A model generated the notes under the pieces. It had not been told where the DNA came from, searched no databases, and was given only the letters and a program-made list of their open reading frames with translations. A DNA stretch of 64,000 nucleotides from Sarea resinae. Its lineage: Eukaryota. The DNA lies in assembly GCA_026026165.1 (NCBI GenBank), contig JAPEUD010000102.1, positions 1 through 64,000 on the forward strand. The letters are read 5' to 3'. Below are positions 12,145 to 26,327 of the stretch, piece after piece (position 1 is the stretch's first letter; each line of letters starts with the position of its first letter). The translations under genes were made by a program, and so were the position numbers.

Positions 12145-14934
12145 ATGGCTTGGCAATCACCCTCCGCCATGGCCAGCAATGGAGGACCTGTCGGCGGCAA
12201 TGGGGATGGAAGTAATGGGAATGGAGGACAGCCGCAGGGCACAGAGTATACGCTGCAAGGTACCTCATCCTGCATGCCATCTACACATCGGAATCATAGC
12301 ACAGGTGTCATCGGCTCGATCTGAGATATGTGCTTACTGACTATCGGCCAGGTGTCATGCGATTCCTGCAGACGGAATGGCACCGTCATGAACGAGATCG
12401 AAACGCATGGGAAATCGAACGAGCGGAGATGAAGGCTCGCATAGCGAAGATGGAAGGCGATAATCGATCTACCAAGAAGATGCAGGACTCGTTACGAAAA
12501 TACGTGCATATACTGGAGGTTGCCTTGAAGAAGGAGCGCGAGAAGGCCAAAACGCCTCCATCGCAGCAAGCTACAGAGGGCGAGGCTGCCGCAAAGGAAG
12601 GCAAAAAAGAACGAGGTAAGCCAAAGCCGAATGATACGAGAGGACATTGCGCTTCTAGTCGTCAGAACGAGTGTGAGATCTGAGTGCTGACGTACAATGA
12701 ATAGAGCCAGCTCCGAAAGCGCACAATTCGTTCCTCGACACCGACTCCGAACCGCAGTTTCTCGCCGAATTTCGACAAGACTCTCAGCGGGACAAGTCGC
12801 GAGTCTTTCTTGATAAATGTGTTCAGGAAATTACCTACCTCTTGAATCCGGTATCTCATCCACAACACCCCCCGATGAATCCGCATGAAATGTCCGGAAG
12901 CGCGGCCTTTGGGGGACCGCAGGGCCCGCAGCAAAACCTCGAGGAGATCTACCTCTCGCGACAGAGAGGCCAACCTGGCGTTGGAATGGCTCAATCATCG
13001 TCCAATCAGAGACAGCAGATGGGTCCAATTTCTGATTTGCAAGAAGCTGCCTCAGCATCGAACCAACCAGAAGCATCGTCATATCTCTCGCGAAATCTTT
13101 CCGATCAACAACCTCTACCCCAGGGACGACCGTTAGACGCGCTTGACAACCTACCACAACCACAATCGCAACAGACCCTCAATTTCCCTTCGGCGACGGA
13201 GGAGCAAGTTGAGAAGGTCACCCACAGCTACGACGAGTATGGCCGACCTTTACCTGCTCGGCAAGAAGATATCGAGACTGGCATTCCCGGCTTAGTCGAG
13301 GGAATGGGCAATCCAGATAATGAGGGCTGGAACTTTGACGAGCCAGCAGTTCTACAAGAACAGGAGCCGAATGCTGTATCGAGGCCTGACACCGACGCCT
13401 TTCCCAGCGCGAACCATATTACACCCAAATCTCCACCTCGCGCAGGACCCGGTTCGCATCACCGTCGGAAGAGCTCTAGTTCGAGTACCGCTGCACGACG
13501 ACGAATGAGCGATGGCTCACACGAGCTGCGAGAACTTTCGTCTGCCCAGAACATGAAGTCTGACTCTGCCAACTTCAAGGTCCGCTTTGCGCTTAGAGGG
13601 CACCTTGATGTTGTTCGGTCGGTCATCTTTACGGGTGGAGGTAGCCCTTCGGAGCCGGAAATCTGTACGGCTGGAGACGATGGCGTTATCAAGAGGTGGA
13701 TCATTCCAGCCACGTACGGAAGTTTTGGCTCTCATAGTGGAAGTATGAGCAATGATCTGGACGTCCAAAGTTATTTCACCCACCGTGGACATGAAGGAGT
13801 CGTCACTTCATTGGCCGCGTGTCCTGCTTCTCAGAACTTTTCTAATGGAGGAAGAGCCTTGGGCGATGGGTGGATATTCTCTGGTGGTCAAGACGCTACG
13901 GTGAGGGTGTGGGAGCGTGGCAGGGTGGATCCCAAGGCCACTCTCGATGGCCACACTGATGCGGTATGGACAGTTTGCGTTTTGCCTGCTTCTTGCGGTT
14001 CTGTTTTCGGACAGGACAGCGGCAACCATGGCGGCCCGGACCGAATTCTTTTGGCGTCTGGGTCTGCCGATGGCACAGTAAAGATCTGGGCCGTCAGTGC
14101 CCCTCCTCAGCTCTCCTCGCCCCAGACTGGCTCTCGAAGAGGTGTCGGCGGCAGTCGGCGTCACTCGGTGTCTTCGGGATCGAACTTCCCATCCTCACCT
14201 CAACCCAGCACGCCAACCGCCACTCCATTCCATTATACGCTTGTCCACACCATTCAAAGACCGAACACGACTTCTCCGACCTGTATAAGTCCTTTGTCTC
14301 TTACCGGCGATTCTTTCGTTGTCTCGTATACCGATGCCTCGGTCCTCATTTTTGATACCCGTACCGCGGAGGAGATTATCGGCATGGCGAGCTTGGAGAC
14401 CTATGATGATACCCCTGGCACCGGCGTAAACTCGGTGGTGGCTACCACCGTGGGCTTGGATGGCTCGTTGAGCATGGACTCCGGGCGTGGAGTCAGCGAA
14501 GATGAGAGCATGCTGCATGGCGCGACGGGCTCTTCGGGCGAGGTTGACGGCGTCGTCATCAGTGGTCACGAAGATCGTTACATTCGGTTCTTTGACGCCA
14601 ATAGTGGTAAGTTGGTTTTCTTTTGATTGTTGTATATGGCGAAACTAATACTCGTCTTTTTCTTCTCTCCACAGGCCAATGCACCTACAATATGCTCGCA
14701 CACCCGTCGGCCATCTCCTCGCTCTCGCTTTCCCCAGACGGTCGCGAATTGGTTTCGGCTGGGCACGACGCAAGCCTGCGCTTCTGGAGCCTGGAGAAAC
14801 GCAGCTGCATCCAGGAGATTACGAGTCATCGGCTGATGCGCGGCGAGGGCGTCTGCGCCGTGGTCTGGAGTCAGGATGGCAGATGGGTGGTCAGTGGTGG
14901 TGGCGATGGCGTTGTCAAGGTCTTTGCAAGATGA
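12145..14934 (+). CDS. Striatin family STRIPAK scaffold (Pro11/HAM-3/StrA-like): N-terminal striatin coiled coil plus C-terminal WD40 repeats
   Basis: [39 protein letters not shown] repeats ([43 protein letters not shown]); three introns. Confidence 0.93.
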
Positions 14935-15294
14935 TGTCGTTGTCATTGTAGTTGTGGGAAACGGTATCGATTCGAGCAGGCGGGCGGCCGGGAGAAGGAC
15001 CAGTTCGGCCTGCGATTACCTTTTTGTCTTGTCGTTTTGAGTGCGTATTTTTTCTTCTTGTGGCATCATCCATCATTCATCTTGAGCCGAAGCAGCCAAG
15101 GAAGCACAAATCCAGCCATCATTCATCCATTCATCCTGCGTACATGCGTACGTGCGTCCGTCTCTGCTCAGGGCAAGCATCATCGGAATCATCAATGTTG
15201 TTGTCGTCATTCCCTGAATGCATATCTCAATCTCAGTCAGGTTCAATTCTAATCGAAATCAATGGCCACTCTACCTCCCACCTAAAGTATCCAG

Positions 15295-16200
15295 CCATGC
15301 CTCCCTTCTCCCTCACCCTCTCCCTCACCCTCACCCTCTCCCTCTCCCTCTCCCTCTCCCTTCTCCCTCCCCGCTTCTCGCAGGTCCACATCTCCGCCCA
15401 AGGTATCTAACCTCGCTTTTCTCCCCGCCCTCTTCTTTCTCCTCCCTCCTGCCTCCTCTATTCTCCCTTCTCCCTTCTCCCCTTTCCCTTCCTCACCCTG
15501 CTCACCCCCCCTCTTATCTTCTGCCATTCTTTTCATCTCCTTTGCTCTTCACGTGCTGTTTTTATTTTCCCTTTTTTCCAGTCCTTTGTTGTGGTATTCC
15601 ATCTCACGCTTTGATTTCTCTGTCCTTTCTTTTTGTGTCCCTTTTCTTTCCTCTAGTCTTCTTTCTCTGTTCTTTTTCTCTTGGCATTTTGTGCCTTGTG
15701 TGTTGTGTGCTGTGCTGTTCTTGTGTTGTTCTTGTGTTGTTCTTGTCTCGTTCTTGTCTTCTGTATTGTCTTGCATATTTCTTGAGTAGAGTAGAGTAGA
15801 GTAGAGTAGGGTTCTTTTTCGTGGAGGTGGTTATCTGGCCCTGAACTCTAGCACTGGCACTCTCGCTCTCGCTCTCGCTCTCACTACTACTACTCTACCT
15901 ATACACAGGCATAAGCATCACCAGTATACGTATCGTATCCTATCCATCATTGTTTCTAGCAAGCTAAGAGATAGACATGGAAATTGGACAGGGGATGAGA
16001 TGAGATGAGATGGCTTTGTATTGTGTTCTCGAGTGGGGTTGATGAATCTGTTGAGGCATAGTTGGATGGAAGGGTGGTTGGATGCACGGTTGGGTGGGTG
16101 GATGGATAGATGAGCGGTTAGGTGGTTGGTTGGTAAATTGGGTGATTAGGTGGTTGGATGGATGGATGGGTGATTAGCTGGTTAGGCGCTTGGGTGCTTG
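15295..16200. repeat. Low-complexity/microsatellite-rich intergenic tract (CTCCCT, GTAGA, CTCG, GATGA, GGAT/GGTT arrays)
   Basis: Read directly; lies between the convergent striatin and GPI19 genes. Confidence 0.85.
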
Positions 16201-16611
16201 GTATCTGAAGCGATCGATGTAGCCTGTGAGCTGCATCTCCATTTCTTAGCGGAAGAGGTGGAAGGGCGAGGGGAGGAGAAAAGGGGGCCGGGATGGAACT
16301 TCTCTCACTAGCTACGGTGTTGTACGTCTTGGACGTCTTGTCCGTGTCGTACGTGTAGAAGCAACAGGTACAATAGGTGCAGGTGCAGGCATTTTACTGT
16401 GCTTGAGCCTGAACCTGAACGCGAAATACCCCTGCCGGGAGTGTGACCCGATGCGTGACTGGGCTGGGTGCTACAAGATTGATATATAGGTGCGGGTAGG
16501 GTAAAGGGGATTTATATCAAGGCGCTGTAGGTTTCTTGGCGGATTCCTTCTTCTTCTTCTTCTTCTCCTACGGAGAATTGAGATGGTGATGATGGGTAAT
16601 ACGCTGTCTAT

Positions 16612-18082
16612 CTACAGCACCAGTTCATCCGGCGAAAATCCATCGTCGTACCCCTTCCCTCCTGCTGCCGCTGCTGACGACGATACTCCGCCATCGCCGT
16701 CGCCGTTCATCTCATCCAGATCCATCTCGCGCCCGGACCCATATAGCACCTCGCACACGCCGCCGACCGGCACGTCCATGACCGCGTCTGTGCCCTCGCT
16801 CCACAGGGCCTTCCAGTCCAAGCCCCCGGCAAAAGATGGCGCGCCTGCTGCTGGGCCCGCGCCACCCGCGCCACCCGCGCCACCCGCATGACCGCCATTC
16901 GCCGCCGTGGTGGCAGTCGAGCTCACAGAGGAAAAAGACGGCTGTTCCACGATGCCGGCCACGGAGCCCCTCTTGCCCTTGTCCCGGTCGCGCGTGTTGC
17001 CGCTCCGGAGCACGCGGCCGCGCGAGTCGACCACGGCGATGTTGGCCGCCTCGTCGACCATGTTCTCGATGCTGTTCATCGGCAGCGTCAGGTAGCCCGT
17101 GTTGTAGCTCGCCAGCGCCACGTAGATGTATATCACGCTCGTCACGAGCTGCGCCGGGATCGCGAGCGACCACCATCGGTTCGGGTAGTAGTGGATGCCC
17201 AGGCGGTGCAGAAAGGGCGATGGTAGGTAAGACCATAGGAGATACATGACTTTTGAAAGGGAGCTGCATGTTAGTGGGATTTTGTTTGGGAGGGGTGGAA
17301 AAAGCAAATGACATACGGAAACCGAGCGAGGAGGCCAGGTAGAGGGCAAAGCCATAATACTCGTACGTGGGCACCTTGGGACTCGCGCGAGGTACGGTTG
17401 TTGCGGTGCGCGCGCTCTTCGCGAACGCCGCTTCCGTGTCGTTGGGCGTCTCGGCGTCCGAGCTGTCGGGGGTGGTGGGGCGTGATGTCGTGGCGCTGAA
17501 GGGCGGTCGCAGCAGGGACGTCAGGGAGGGTGAAGGAGGCAGCGGCGTCGGCGGACGGTTGTAAAAGGGCGGCGCAAACGCGTTGTGCGTTATCGTGTTG
17601 GAGCTTGTTGGAGGCCCGGGGTAGGGCAGAGATCGAGAGCGGGAGAGGTCATTTGGAGGAAGGGAGATGGAGGTGGTATTGTCGTTGGCGGTGGGATCTT
17701 CTGCGTCCGAGGACGACGAGGACGAGGAGTCGTTGCCCAGGGAGAATTGGGACTGGAATTCTATCTCGTCGTCTTCTTCCAATTCTTCCTCTTCTGCTTC
17801 GGCGCCTTCGCCTTCGGCCTGGTCAAGGATCGTGATCGGAGATGGCAGTGGGCGGTCGAGCTTCTCGGTTGCGCTGTGGCCTCGAACATGCTTGGCCTTT
17901 GTGTTGGCGGGGCTCTTGTCTTCTTCTTCGGGCGGCGGCGTTGCAGATGCTGATGCGGATGTTGATGATGCGGCGGTCTGGGCCTTGAGAGCTGTGAGGG
18001 TCGGCAAGACGGGCGCGGACAGCGATTGAGATACGGTGGGTCGCGTGGCAGCGTTCTTGTTCCCTCTGCTCTTGGGAGGCAT
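16612..18082 (-). CDS. GPI19: PIG-P/Gpi19 subunit of GPI-GlcNAc transferase with long disordered N-terminus
   Basis: PKVPTYEYYGFALYLASSLGF|MYLLWSYLPSPFLHRLGIHYYPNRWWSLAIP..TDAVMDVPVGGVCEVLY; one intron near 17250-17315. Confidence 0.88.
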
Positions 18083-18800
18083 CTTGATGGTGGATCTGCA
18101 GGACGGTGATGTGGGTGTGGTTTGAGATGCGGGTTGAGATGCGGTTTGAGATGTGATTTGATAATGGTGATGATGGCGTTTCGGTGTCGTGCGGCGGTAT
18201 CAGATGGATGGATAAGGCGGTGTGTTCCGAATGGGGTCATCCGCGGTCTGCGCACTCACTCACTGCAGCTCCCTATACTCTCCAATATATCCAATCCATT
18301 GAATATTCACACAGCTGGCACTCGACCCCACGACCGCCACCAATTGCCGTCTTCTCATCACCTCGTCCCGATGAATGAACGACCATGGAGAATGATGCAG
18401 CAGCGCGATCACATCACCCAAACCTCTCTGAAGATGCATTGCCCTGATCTCTCTGCGGTGGTCGCCGAAACTCGATTCCTTCTCGACTGCCGACTCGCAA
18501 ACTATGACTAAGAGCTGCTGCGACTACGGCAATGACCTGCCTAATCTGCTCCCGGGCCCCGCCAAGAGATGCCTGCCCCACGAGGGAAGCACGGCTGATC
18601 CGCGGAGACCAGCGAGACCAGCAAGACCCGCGAGACCAAATGCGATCGGATGCGATAAAGGACCTGGAACCTAAGGCATGCTCGAGGTCTTAGGGCACAC
18701 CTGGGGAACCTCAATTGATAAACAAGCCCGCCCCTCCCTACCTGCACCATTCGGTCTCTTCTCACGGCTTCGACTCTTTCCTCATTCCTCGCGCCCCAAA

Positions 18801-20289
18801 ATGCTCTCTCAACCATTGCTGCTGTTCCTGTCCCTGGGACTACCCCTCACGCAAGCCGCCGAGACCATCCTGGGCGCCTACATCTTCCACCGCCATGGAG
18901 ACCGCACCGACAAATCGCATCCACCGGCCAACTTGACCGATCTAGGCTATCGAGAAGTCTACACGTCCGGCCAATACTTTCGCGATCGATATGTCTCGTC
19001 GTCGGCGTCTGCGAAGATTGCTGGACTGAATTCGGATCTGGTGAAGAACTCGCAGCTCACCGTCTCTGCTCCCTCGGACACCGTCTTGATGAACTCGGCC
19101 CAAGGTTTTCTGCAGGGACTGTACCCACCTGTTGGTTCGACGCTGGGAACCCAGACGCTGCGAAATGGCACTACGGTCGAGGCGCCGCTGAACGGATACC
19201 AGCTGATTCCAATTAGCCAGGTCCAGGGCGGTTCCGGCAGCGAAAACTCGGCCTGGCTCCAGGGTTCGACAAATTGTGCAAAAGCAGAGGCCAGCTCGAA
19301 CGAGTACTTTTCCACGCCGGACTATCTCAAAATGTTGAATGAGACGCAAAGCTTCTATACCAGCTTGACGCCGATGATCAATGCGACGTTCACTGCAGAT
19401 GAAATCAATTTCAAGAACGCCTATACCAGTCCGTCAATCCCCCGATCCATACCGTTCTGGGCTAACCATGGCAGTCTTCGACCTTCTTTACGTTGCGTCC
19501 ATACATAACCAGACTATTCCCGCCCAAAACCTCCTGACCAACGAAACCCTCTTCCAAGCTCGAACTCTCGCAGATCACCATGAATACAACCTCGCCTTCA
19601 ACTCTACCGCTCCGATTCGCGCCGTCGGTGGCGCGACTCTGGCCGCACAGATCGTCAGCCAGCTCAACACCACCATCACCGGCCAAGGCAAGAGCAAACT
19701 CGGCATCCAATTCGGCGCGTACGGAAGCTTCCAGTCTTTCTTCGGCCTGGCAAACCTGACCTCCACCAACCCCGACTTCTTCGGCGTCCCCGACTATGCC
19801 TCGTCCATGATCTTCGAGCTCTACACCAACTCCTCCGCCACGCCCTTCCCCGACGCCAGCGAGATCAACGTGCGCTTTTTGTTCCACAACGGCACCACCT
19901 CCAACACGAGCGAACCAGCTGTGTATCCGCTCTTCGGCCAACAGGAGACCTCCCTGACATGGCAGGACTTCGCCGAGGGAATGGGTAAATTCTCTATCGG
20001 CACCCAGCAGGCATGGTGTTCGGCCTGCGGCAACACAACAGGCTCCTGTGCACCGAGCAGTACCAGCACTTCCGGCTCCGCATCGGCGACGGCCACGTCG
20101 TCCACTCATCACGGCAGCCACCTGTCGAATGCCGTGGCCGGGGTCATTGGTGCCATGGTCACCCTCGGCGTTATCTTCGGTCTCGAAGCGATCATTATGC
20201 TGCTAGGTGGATTGAGACTGGTCACCAAAAACCGACTTCGCGCGCCGGCAACTGCTGGGCAGGGGGATACGATAGTTGGAAAGGCATGA
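18801..20289 (+). CDS. Histidine acid phosphatase superfamily protein; signal peptide and C-terminal TM helix
   Basis: RHGDRT catalytic motif, N-terminal hydrophobic signal, Ser/Thr linker, AVAGVIGAMVTLGVIFG helix; one intron ~19429-19474. Confidence 0.88.
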
Positions 20290-20563
20290 TTTCTCTTTTC
20301 GTTGCTTATGCGTATGATTGATGTATATATGCATGATGATTTGTGGTCGTATAATACGTAATGTCATCTTCGTCTCCACCTCAATTGCCAGTCGATGTCT
20401 CCCAGAGCTTTTCGTCTACTGGTCTCATGGCACACGCCGCAATGTCCCATTTGCCTTCAATGTTCTTATGTAGACAGAAAGATCACGTCGATGACATATG
20501 TTGCGTTTACCGTGCAGATTTGAAAACCCGACTACTATCTTCGCTGTCAGAATCTCTCCCCGC

Positions 20564-21975
20564 CTACCAATCCGGTCCGTGAACGGCCTTCTGCCCCAAC
20601 GCCTCCCTCCGCGATACGCTTTCAGGGTCGAAATACGGTCTCTCGCCCAGACTGACGGCGCGCTGTCCCGTTCTGGGGCCCAAGCCCTCATAATCAAAAG
20701 TCGCCGCATGATAGACGCTCCGATTATCCCAGATGGCCAAATCATTCGGACTGGTCCAGCGATGGCGGACCTGCAGGTCGTGGTTCTCGACAATCAGGTC
20801 GACGAACGTGTCGAGCAGGTGCCTGCTCTCGCGCTCGCTCAGCCCGTTGATCTTCTGCACGTGCTGGCCGACGGCGAAGACGCTGCGCCAGCCCGTCACC
20901 GGGTTCGTGCGGATCACCGGATGCACGGCCGTCAGGTCCAGGCCGACGTTCTCGGGCGCCCCGCGCGGCCCCGCGTGGATCGCGAAGTTGTTCTCGCTGG
21001 CGGCGCGCGTGAAGGCTGGTTGTGCGTACGTGCCGTCGAGCGTGGAGAGGAATTTCTGGTAGGGTGGCGAGATGCGGTCGTAGAGCTCGTAGCCGGATGC
21101 CCAGAGCGTGTCTGGGGGGTTTTGGGTTAGCGCTACTGAAACCAGCCTTCCTTGTATGTAGCAGGGGGTGATGCATTAGATGTCGCCGCTCTTTATGGTT
21201 CTTATATCTTATAGAAAAGCAGATGGGCAGGAAAGGAAACCAGTGCCAAACGTACCTCCGCCGACCTTGGGCAGTTCCGTCAACCGTAGCAAGGCATAAT
21301 CGCTCGGCACCGGCTCGAACGTGATATCGCTATGCCACTGATCGCGATGCGATTGCTTGAGCGACCGGTACCGCGAGCTGAAGACCTTTTTGTTCTGCTC
21401 GGAGCTGATGACGCTGATCTCGTCGTCCTTGCCGCCGAACTCCCGGCTCGCATTGACGATCGGGTGGACGTGGAGGCCGGAGCTCGAAGGTTTGCCGGAG
21501 AGCTCGCCGAGGCGCTGGACCAGGGTTTTTTGGATGTCGTTGGTCAGGCCGTCTTGCGCGCGGAAGAAGACCACGCCGCGCTGCGAGACTGGTGGGAGCA
21601 TTGGGTTACTTTTTTTCTATCGAGAAACGGGGTAAGAAAAACCCTACTTGTGATGGCCAGATCGCGGATTAATTCGTCTGAGTTGGGGGCATTGAGCCAG
21701 TCCACGAGCTTGGCCTCGGGGTACTCTCGTCCGATGACGGGCGTCACGTCAAAGGATGCGAACTGATCGAGGGCACCGGTGAGCTGAAGCGGCTCTCGGT
21801 GAGGAGTCTGCTGCTTTGCTGATGCGCCATTGACTGAGTGTTGCTGATGTTCGGCCTCGTGGTGCTTGTCTGCAGACTCTGCGGAGCCGTTCAGTGAGAG
21901 GCGCGTGTCCTTTGTGTCTTCCTTCTTGGACTCGGGGGTAATTGCAGAGACGACAGTGTGAACGGCGGAAGCCAT
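20564..21975 (-). CDS. TauD/TfdA-family alpha-ketoglutarate-dependent (sulfonate) dioxygenase
   Basis: TPVIGREY, QRGVVFFRAQ, WHSDITFE (HxD), GGDTLWASGY across an intron, HPVIRTNPVTGW, WDNRSVYH. Confidence 0.92.
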
Positions 21976-23129
21976 GTTGCTCAATAATAATCAATCAACC
22001 TTGTGTAAAATGCAACTTGCTGGTTATAGAGAAAAAAGACTTATGAGATCGAGGTATGAGATAATTCCAGCTTGGCAATTGATTTGCGGGGCATTTCTAG
22101 TATATTAAATAGACCCGAGCGACATTAGCAATCAAGTGACGACGAAAGAGCATCGAATTGCATCAGAAGCGGCTTGATTGTGTGATCTGGAAACATCTGG
22201 AGAACATGTGCAGGATGCCATTGAATGCAAGCAATTCGGCGCCGCAGACCCCTGCTACCCCTCCTACCCCTCACTACACAGGGTTTTCGTGGGGGCTTCG
22301 ATGATGGTGGTGATGGTCAGCATTCATCCAGATAAAGCCAATGCATTGTCGAGCTGGAGGTGATCCAGATGGTGATCTCTAGACGAGAGGGGAGAGGGAG
22401 GGTGTGGTTAGCGATGGCGTTGATGCGACGTCGAATTACGAACTTTCGCGTGCAGCTGGAGATGCCCTGACGTCTCCTATCTCGCCCGTCTTCATGCCAC
22501 CAGGGGTCCAGGGGTCCACGGGGACTACAGATTGCCCCACGCGCCACGCGGAAACGCAAGACGGCCCGGATTCCATCTCTGACCGCCGGGGCGTACCAGA
22601 TCCGTCATCAGAACCCACTGAATCATTAGTGGCTGGTGGTTTTCGGACGTTGTAGACAGTGGACTTGTCGCACTTTCTTGGAGGGCTCGTGGTGCTGAGA
22701 GAAGGTGCACATGTTGAACGGAAGGCAGCATTTCATCTTCATTGCTTTTTGTCGAAGAGCGCCCGGTCCTGCTTGTTTCATTCTGCTTGCAAGATAGGGG
22801 ATATGTGTCGTGCTAAGATCAAGACGGGATGGCGTGCTCTGGTGTTTCTATGCTGCATCTAGACCTTGCTCGACTCTCTCCGGAGATCGACAGCGGCGTG
22901 CATTGCGTGCTTTGCGGGAGTTTGTCTGCCATGTGGCTTTCGAGCTTTTCCCTGGTCTCCAGTGCAATTCTCTACGTTCGATTGGACCTAGAGCTTTGGT
23001 ATCTATCTCTGTTCTTCTCTTACAGTGCCATCTTTATGATAAAAGTGATCGTCATGGAACGACTCCTTGGTTCCTTTCGAGACTACTCTTGATCATTCTC
23101 TACCCCTCATCTCCTGCCTTTGCATCGAC

Positions 23130-25882
23130 ATGGCTACAGTCATTCATCACCGACGTACTGGCATCTCAGAGGAGGAGTCGGGATCATCTTCCTCATCGCT
23201 ATCCCCACCAGACACCAAGGGAGGAAAGATCCCTTCAGTAGTCGAGACAATATCAGTCGACTCAGGCTTGGGTGTAGCCAAAGATGAGAGAAAGTTCTGG
23301 TTTCAAAGAGCAAGAGGCTACGACCGGAACGCCATCGCCACACAGCCGTCGGTGTTCGACGATCCGGACACGGCGAAACATTACGCCCCACGATCGGACT
23401 GGGAGAATCTGCACCGCTTCGATCCGTCTACGAGATGGACCTGGGGGGAAGAAAACAAGCTGATACGAAAGATCGACTTCAAGATTTTTATATTCGCTTG
23501 TCTCATGTTCATGTCGTTGGAGCTGGATCGTGCAAACCTGAGTTAGTGCGGCTCTGCTAATACAAAAGGGGCCCGCTGACATCTGAAAAGCCCAGGCTCT
23601 GACGGATAATTTTCTCAAAGATCTTCACTTGACTACCGACGGTTTTGCTCCCCTAGTTGTCCTATCTTGCCCCCTCTTGATCAAAAACTAAGAGTTGCGG
23701 AACAGACTATAATCTGGGCAACACCGTCTTCCGACTCTCGTTCTTGTGCGCCGAGCTCCCTTCGCAACTAGTATCGAAATGGATCGGGCCCGATCGATGG
23801 ATCCCCGGCCAGATGATCCTCTGGTCGATAGTGGCGACCGCCCAGTTCTGGCTCTCCGGTCGAAGTTCCTTTCTAGCGTGCCGGGCGCTTTTAGGAATCC
23901 TGCAGGGAGGATTCATTCCCGACGTAAGATGATCAGCCTTCCTCTCCTACAAACTTTCATTGATGGCGTGCTAGATGGTTCTGTACTTGTCCTACTTTTA
24001 TAAGCACTCAGAGGTAAGCGGGCCTACGCAGCTTTCGTGTACCTCACTATAAAAAACGAGTCTTGATACCTTTCTCAGCTCACCCTCCGTCTTGGTTTCT
24101 GGTGGACGGCCATGAACTTCGCCGACATCTTGGCAAGCTTCCTCGCGTACGGACTTTTACATCTCGGCGGCAGTGGCGGACACGCGGGTTGGCGTTGGCT
24201 CTTTCTCATCGAAGTAAGCGTCCGGTCGAATCTCTGATATTGACGACTTGCTAAGAAACGCCACGATAGGGCTTACTGACGCTTGTCATGGGGATCCTGG
24301 CCGTGGCTCTTATGCCGCCGAGCCCGACGCAGACGGCCAACTGGATCAGGGGCAAGAAGGGCTGGTTCACGTCGCGGTAAGCTCGTTTGAGACTTGTCTA
24401 CTCTCAATCAAACAAACAGCCAACCAAAAGCTCACGAGTGACAATGACACAGAGAAGAGACGATCATGGTCAACCGGATCATTCGAGAGGATCCGAGCAA
24501 GAGCTCGATGCATAATCGGCAGCCCATCACGCCCAAGCTCCTCTGGCAGAGTTTGCAGGACTACGACCTGTGGCCACTCTATATCATCGGATTGACGTTT
24601 CAAACTCCAACGAGTATGTTTTCCCCTATCTTTACTCATCTCTTTTTTGCCAAGGAGAACTACCAGACTGATATATTCGTATCTAGCAACTCCTTATCAA
24701 TATCTCCCGCTGTCCCTTCGAGGCCTCGGCTTCAACACCTTCCAAACAAATCTCCTCACGGTATATCCACCCCCCCGTCCGCTCCCCCTTCCGAAAACCC
24801 AAGACCCAGAACCTAAACAAAACCCTAGCATCAAGCACCCCCACTAATGAATATCCTCCCTTTCCACAGATCCCCTACAAAGTCCTCAGCATCATAACAA
24901 TGCTCCTCCTAACCTACATCTCGGAACTAACATCGCAGCCGTCGCTAATGGGCTTCCTCGCCCAAGTCTGGACCCTCCCCTTCCTGATCTACCTGTACAT
25001 CGTCGACATCAACAGCGTCAACAAGTGGGTGGCGTGGACGGTGATGACGCTGCTGCTGGGCTTCCCCAGCGCCCACGCCATCCAGGTCGGCTGGAACAGC
25101 CGCAACTCGAACTCGGTGCGCAGTCGCACTGTGAGCGCGGCCATCTATAATATGTGTGTGCAGGCTAGCTCGATTATTGCTAGCAATATCTATCGTTCTG
25201 GTATGTGTGTGCGTGTGTTTGCTTGCTGTATCCTGTCATCTCGTCTTGCCTTGACCGATTAGCTGTTCGTCTGTCTATCTTGTACGCTACCTAGCCTGTT
25301 GTCTTCAAGACTTCTCACGCCCCTTTGTCTCTTCTTCACCACCTTCTCTCTTCATATCCCCTCTCTTACCACCGCTACCACCATCACCACCATCCCTCGT
25401 CATCCTCATCATCTAGAAAAAAACCAGCCCCGCCCAGCCCAGCCCCTTCCGACCACTCCAATCTCATCCAGCAGATGAGCAAGACAACTAAACCCCCTTT
25501 TGCCCCCACCCCCCACCCCACCCACTTCACGCATCTGTCCCCCTTTCTCCTCTTTCCCCTTTCTCCTCTTCACATTCAAACTTGCCCACCCCAAATCCCT
25601 CCGCCCAATCCCTCCCATCCCCAAGCACCACACTCCACCTCCCTAACACACACAAACACAAAACCAGACGACGCCCCCCTCTACCACCGCGGCAACCGCG
25701 TGCTCCTCGCGCTCGCCATCACCAATCTCGCCATCTACGCCCTGACGAAGCTCTACTACATCCTGCGGAACCGGTCCCGCGACCGCGTCTGGGATGCCAT
25801 GACCCCCGACGAGAAAGAGACCTATTTGGCGACGACCGTGAGGAAGGGGAACAAGAGGCTGGATTTTAGGTTTGCGGCTTAG
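23130..25882 (+). CDS. MFS transporter, Dal5/allantoate-permease (ACS) family; many introns
   Basis: [88 protein letters not shown]. Confidence 0.9.
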
Positions 25883-26327
25883 CTTAGCTTGGGCTGGGTT
25901 TTAGGTGTGTTGCGGGGGTGGCGTGGTGGTGGTGGGGAGGGGAAGGAAGAGCATGGAGGTTGGATGGCGAGAGAGGGAGAGGGAGAGGGAGAGAGGGAGA
26001 AACACTGGGCGAAGAGACATACACGGAAAGACGAATGAAACGGCGCAAGTGGGTTGGGTTGGAACATAATGAGTACTTTCTCGATAGACTTTGAGAATAT
26101 CTCAGCGATGATTTGATAAGACGTGAAAATATGCTAGTACATAACCACCGACGTTCCTTCCACGAGCAAATTATCATCATTCCACTGCCATTGCTAGCTA
26201 CCTCGATAATAGCCAAAGAAAAAGAAGAAAGTAAAGGCCATCACTACTGCTCCCCTCTGATGAAGTCGTTATTTATTTATGCGTTCATTCATTCAGTCGT
26301 CATCCAGAACTCTCCCCGTGAACCACC

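Noticed and set aside
14952..15799. ORFs of 70-190 aa in the pyrimidine-rich tract
   Set aside because: Translations of low-complexity microsatellite sequence with no domain signal.
21976..23129. CYS-3/MetR (ATGRYRYCAT) sites in the TauD-MFS promoter
   Set aside because: Only partial matches were found.
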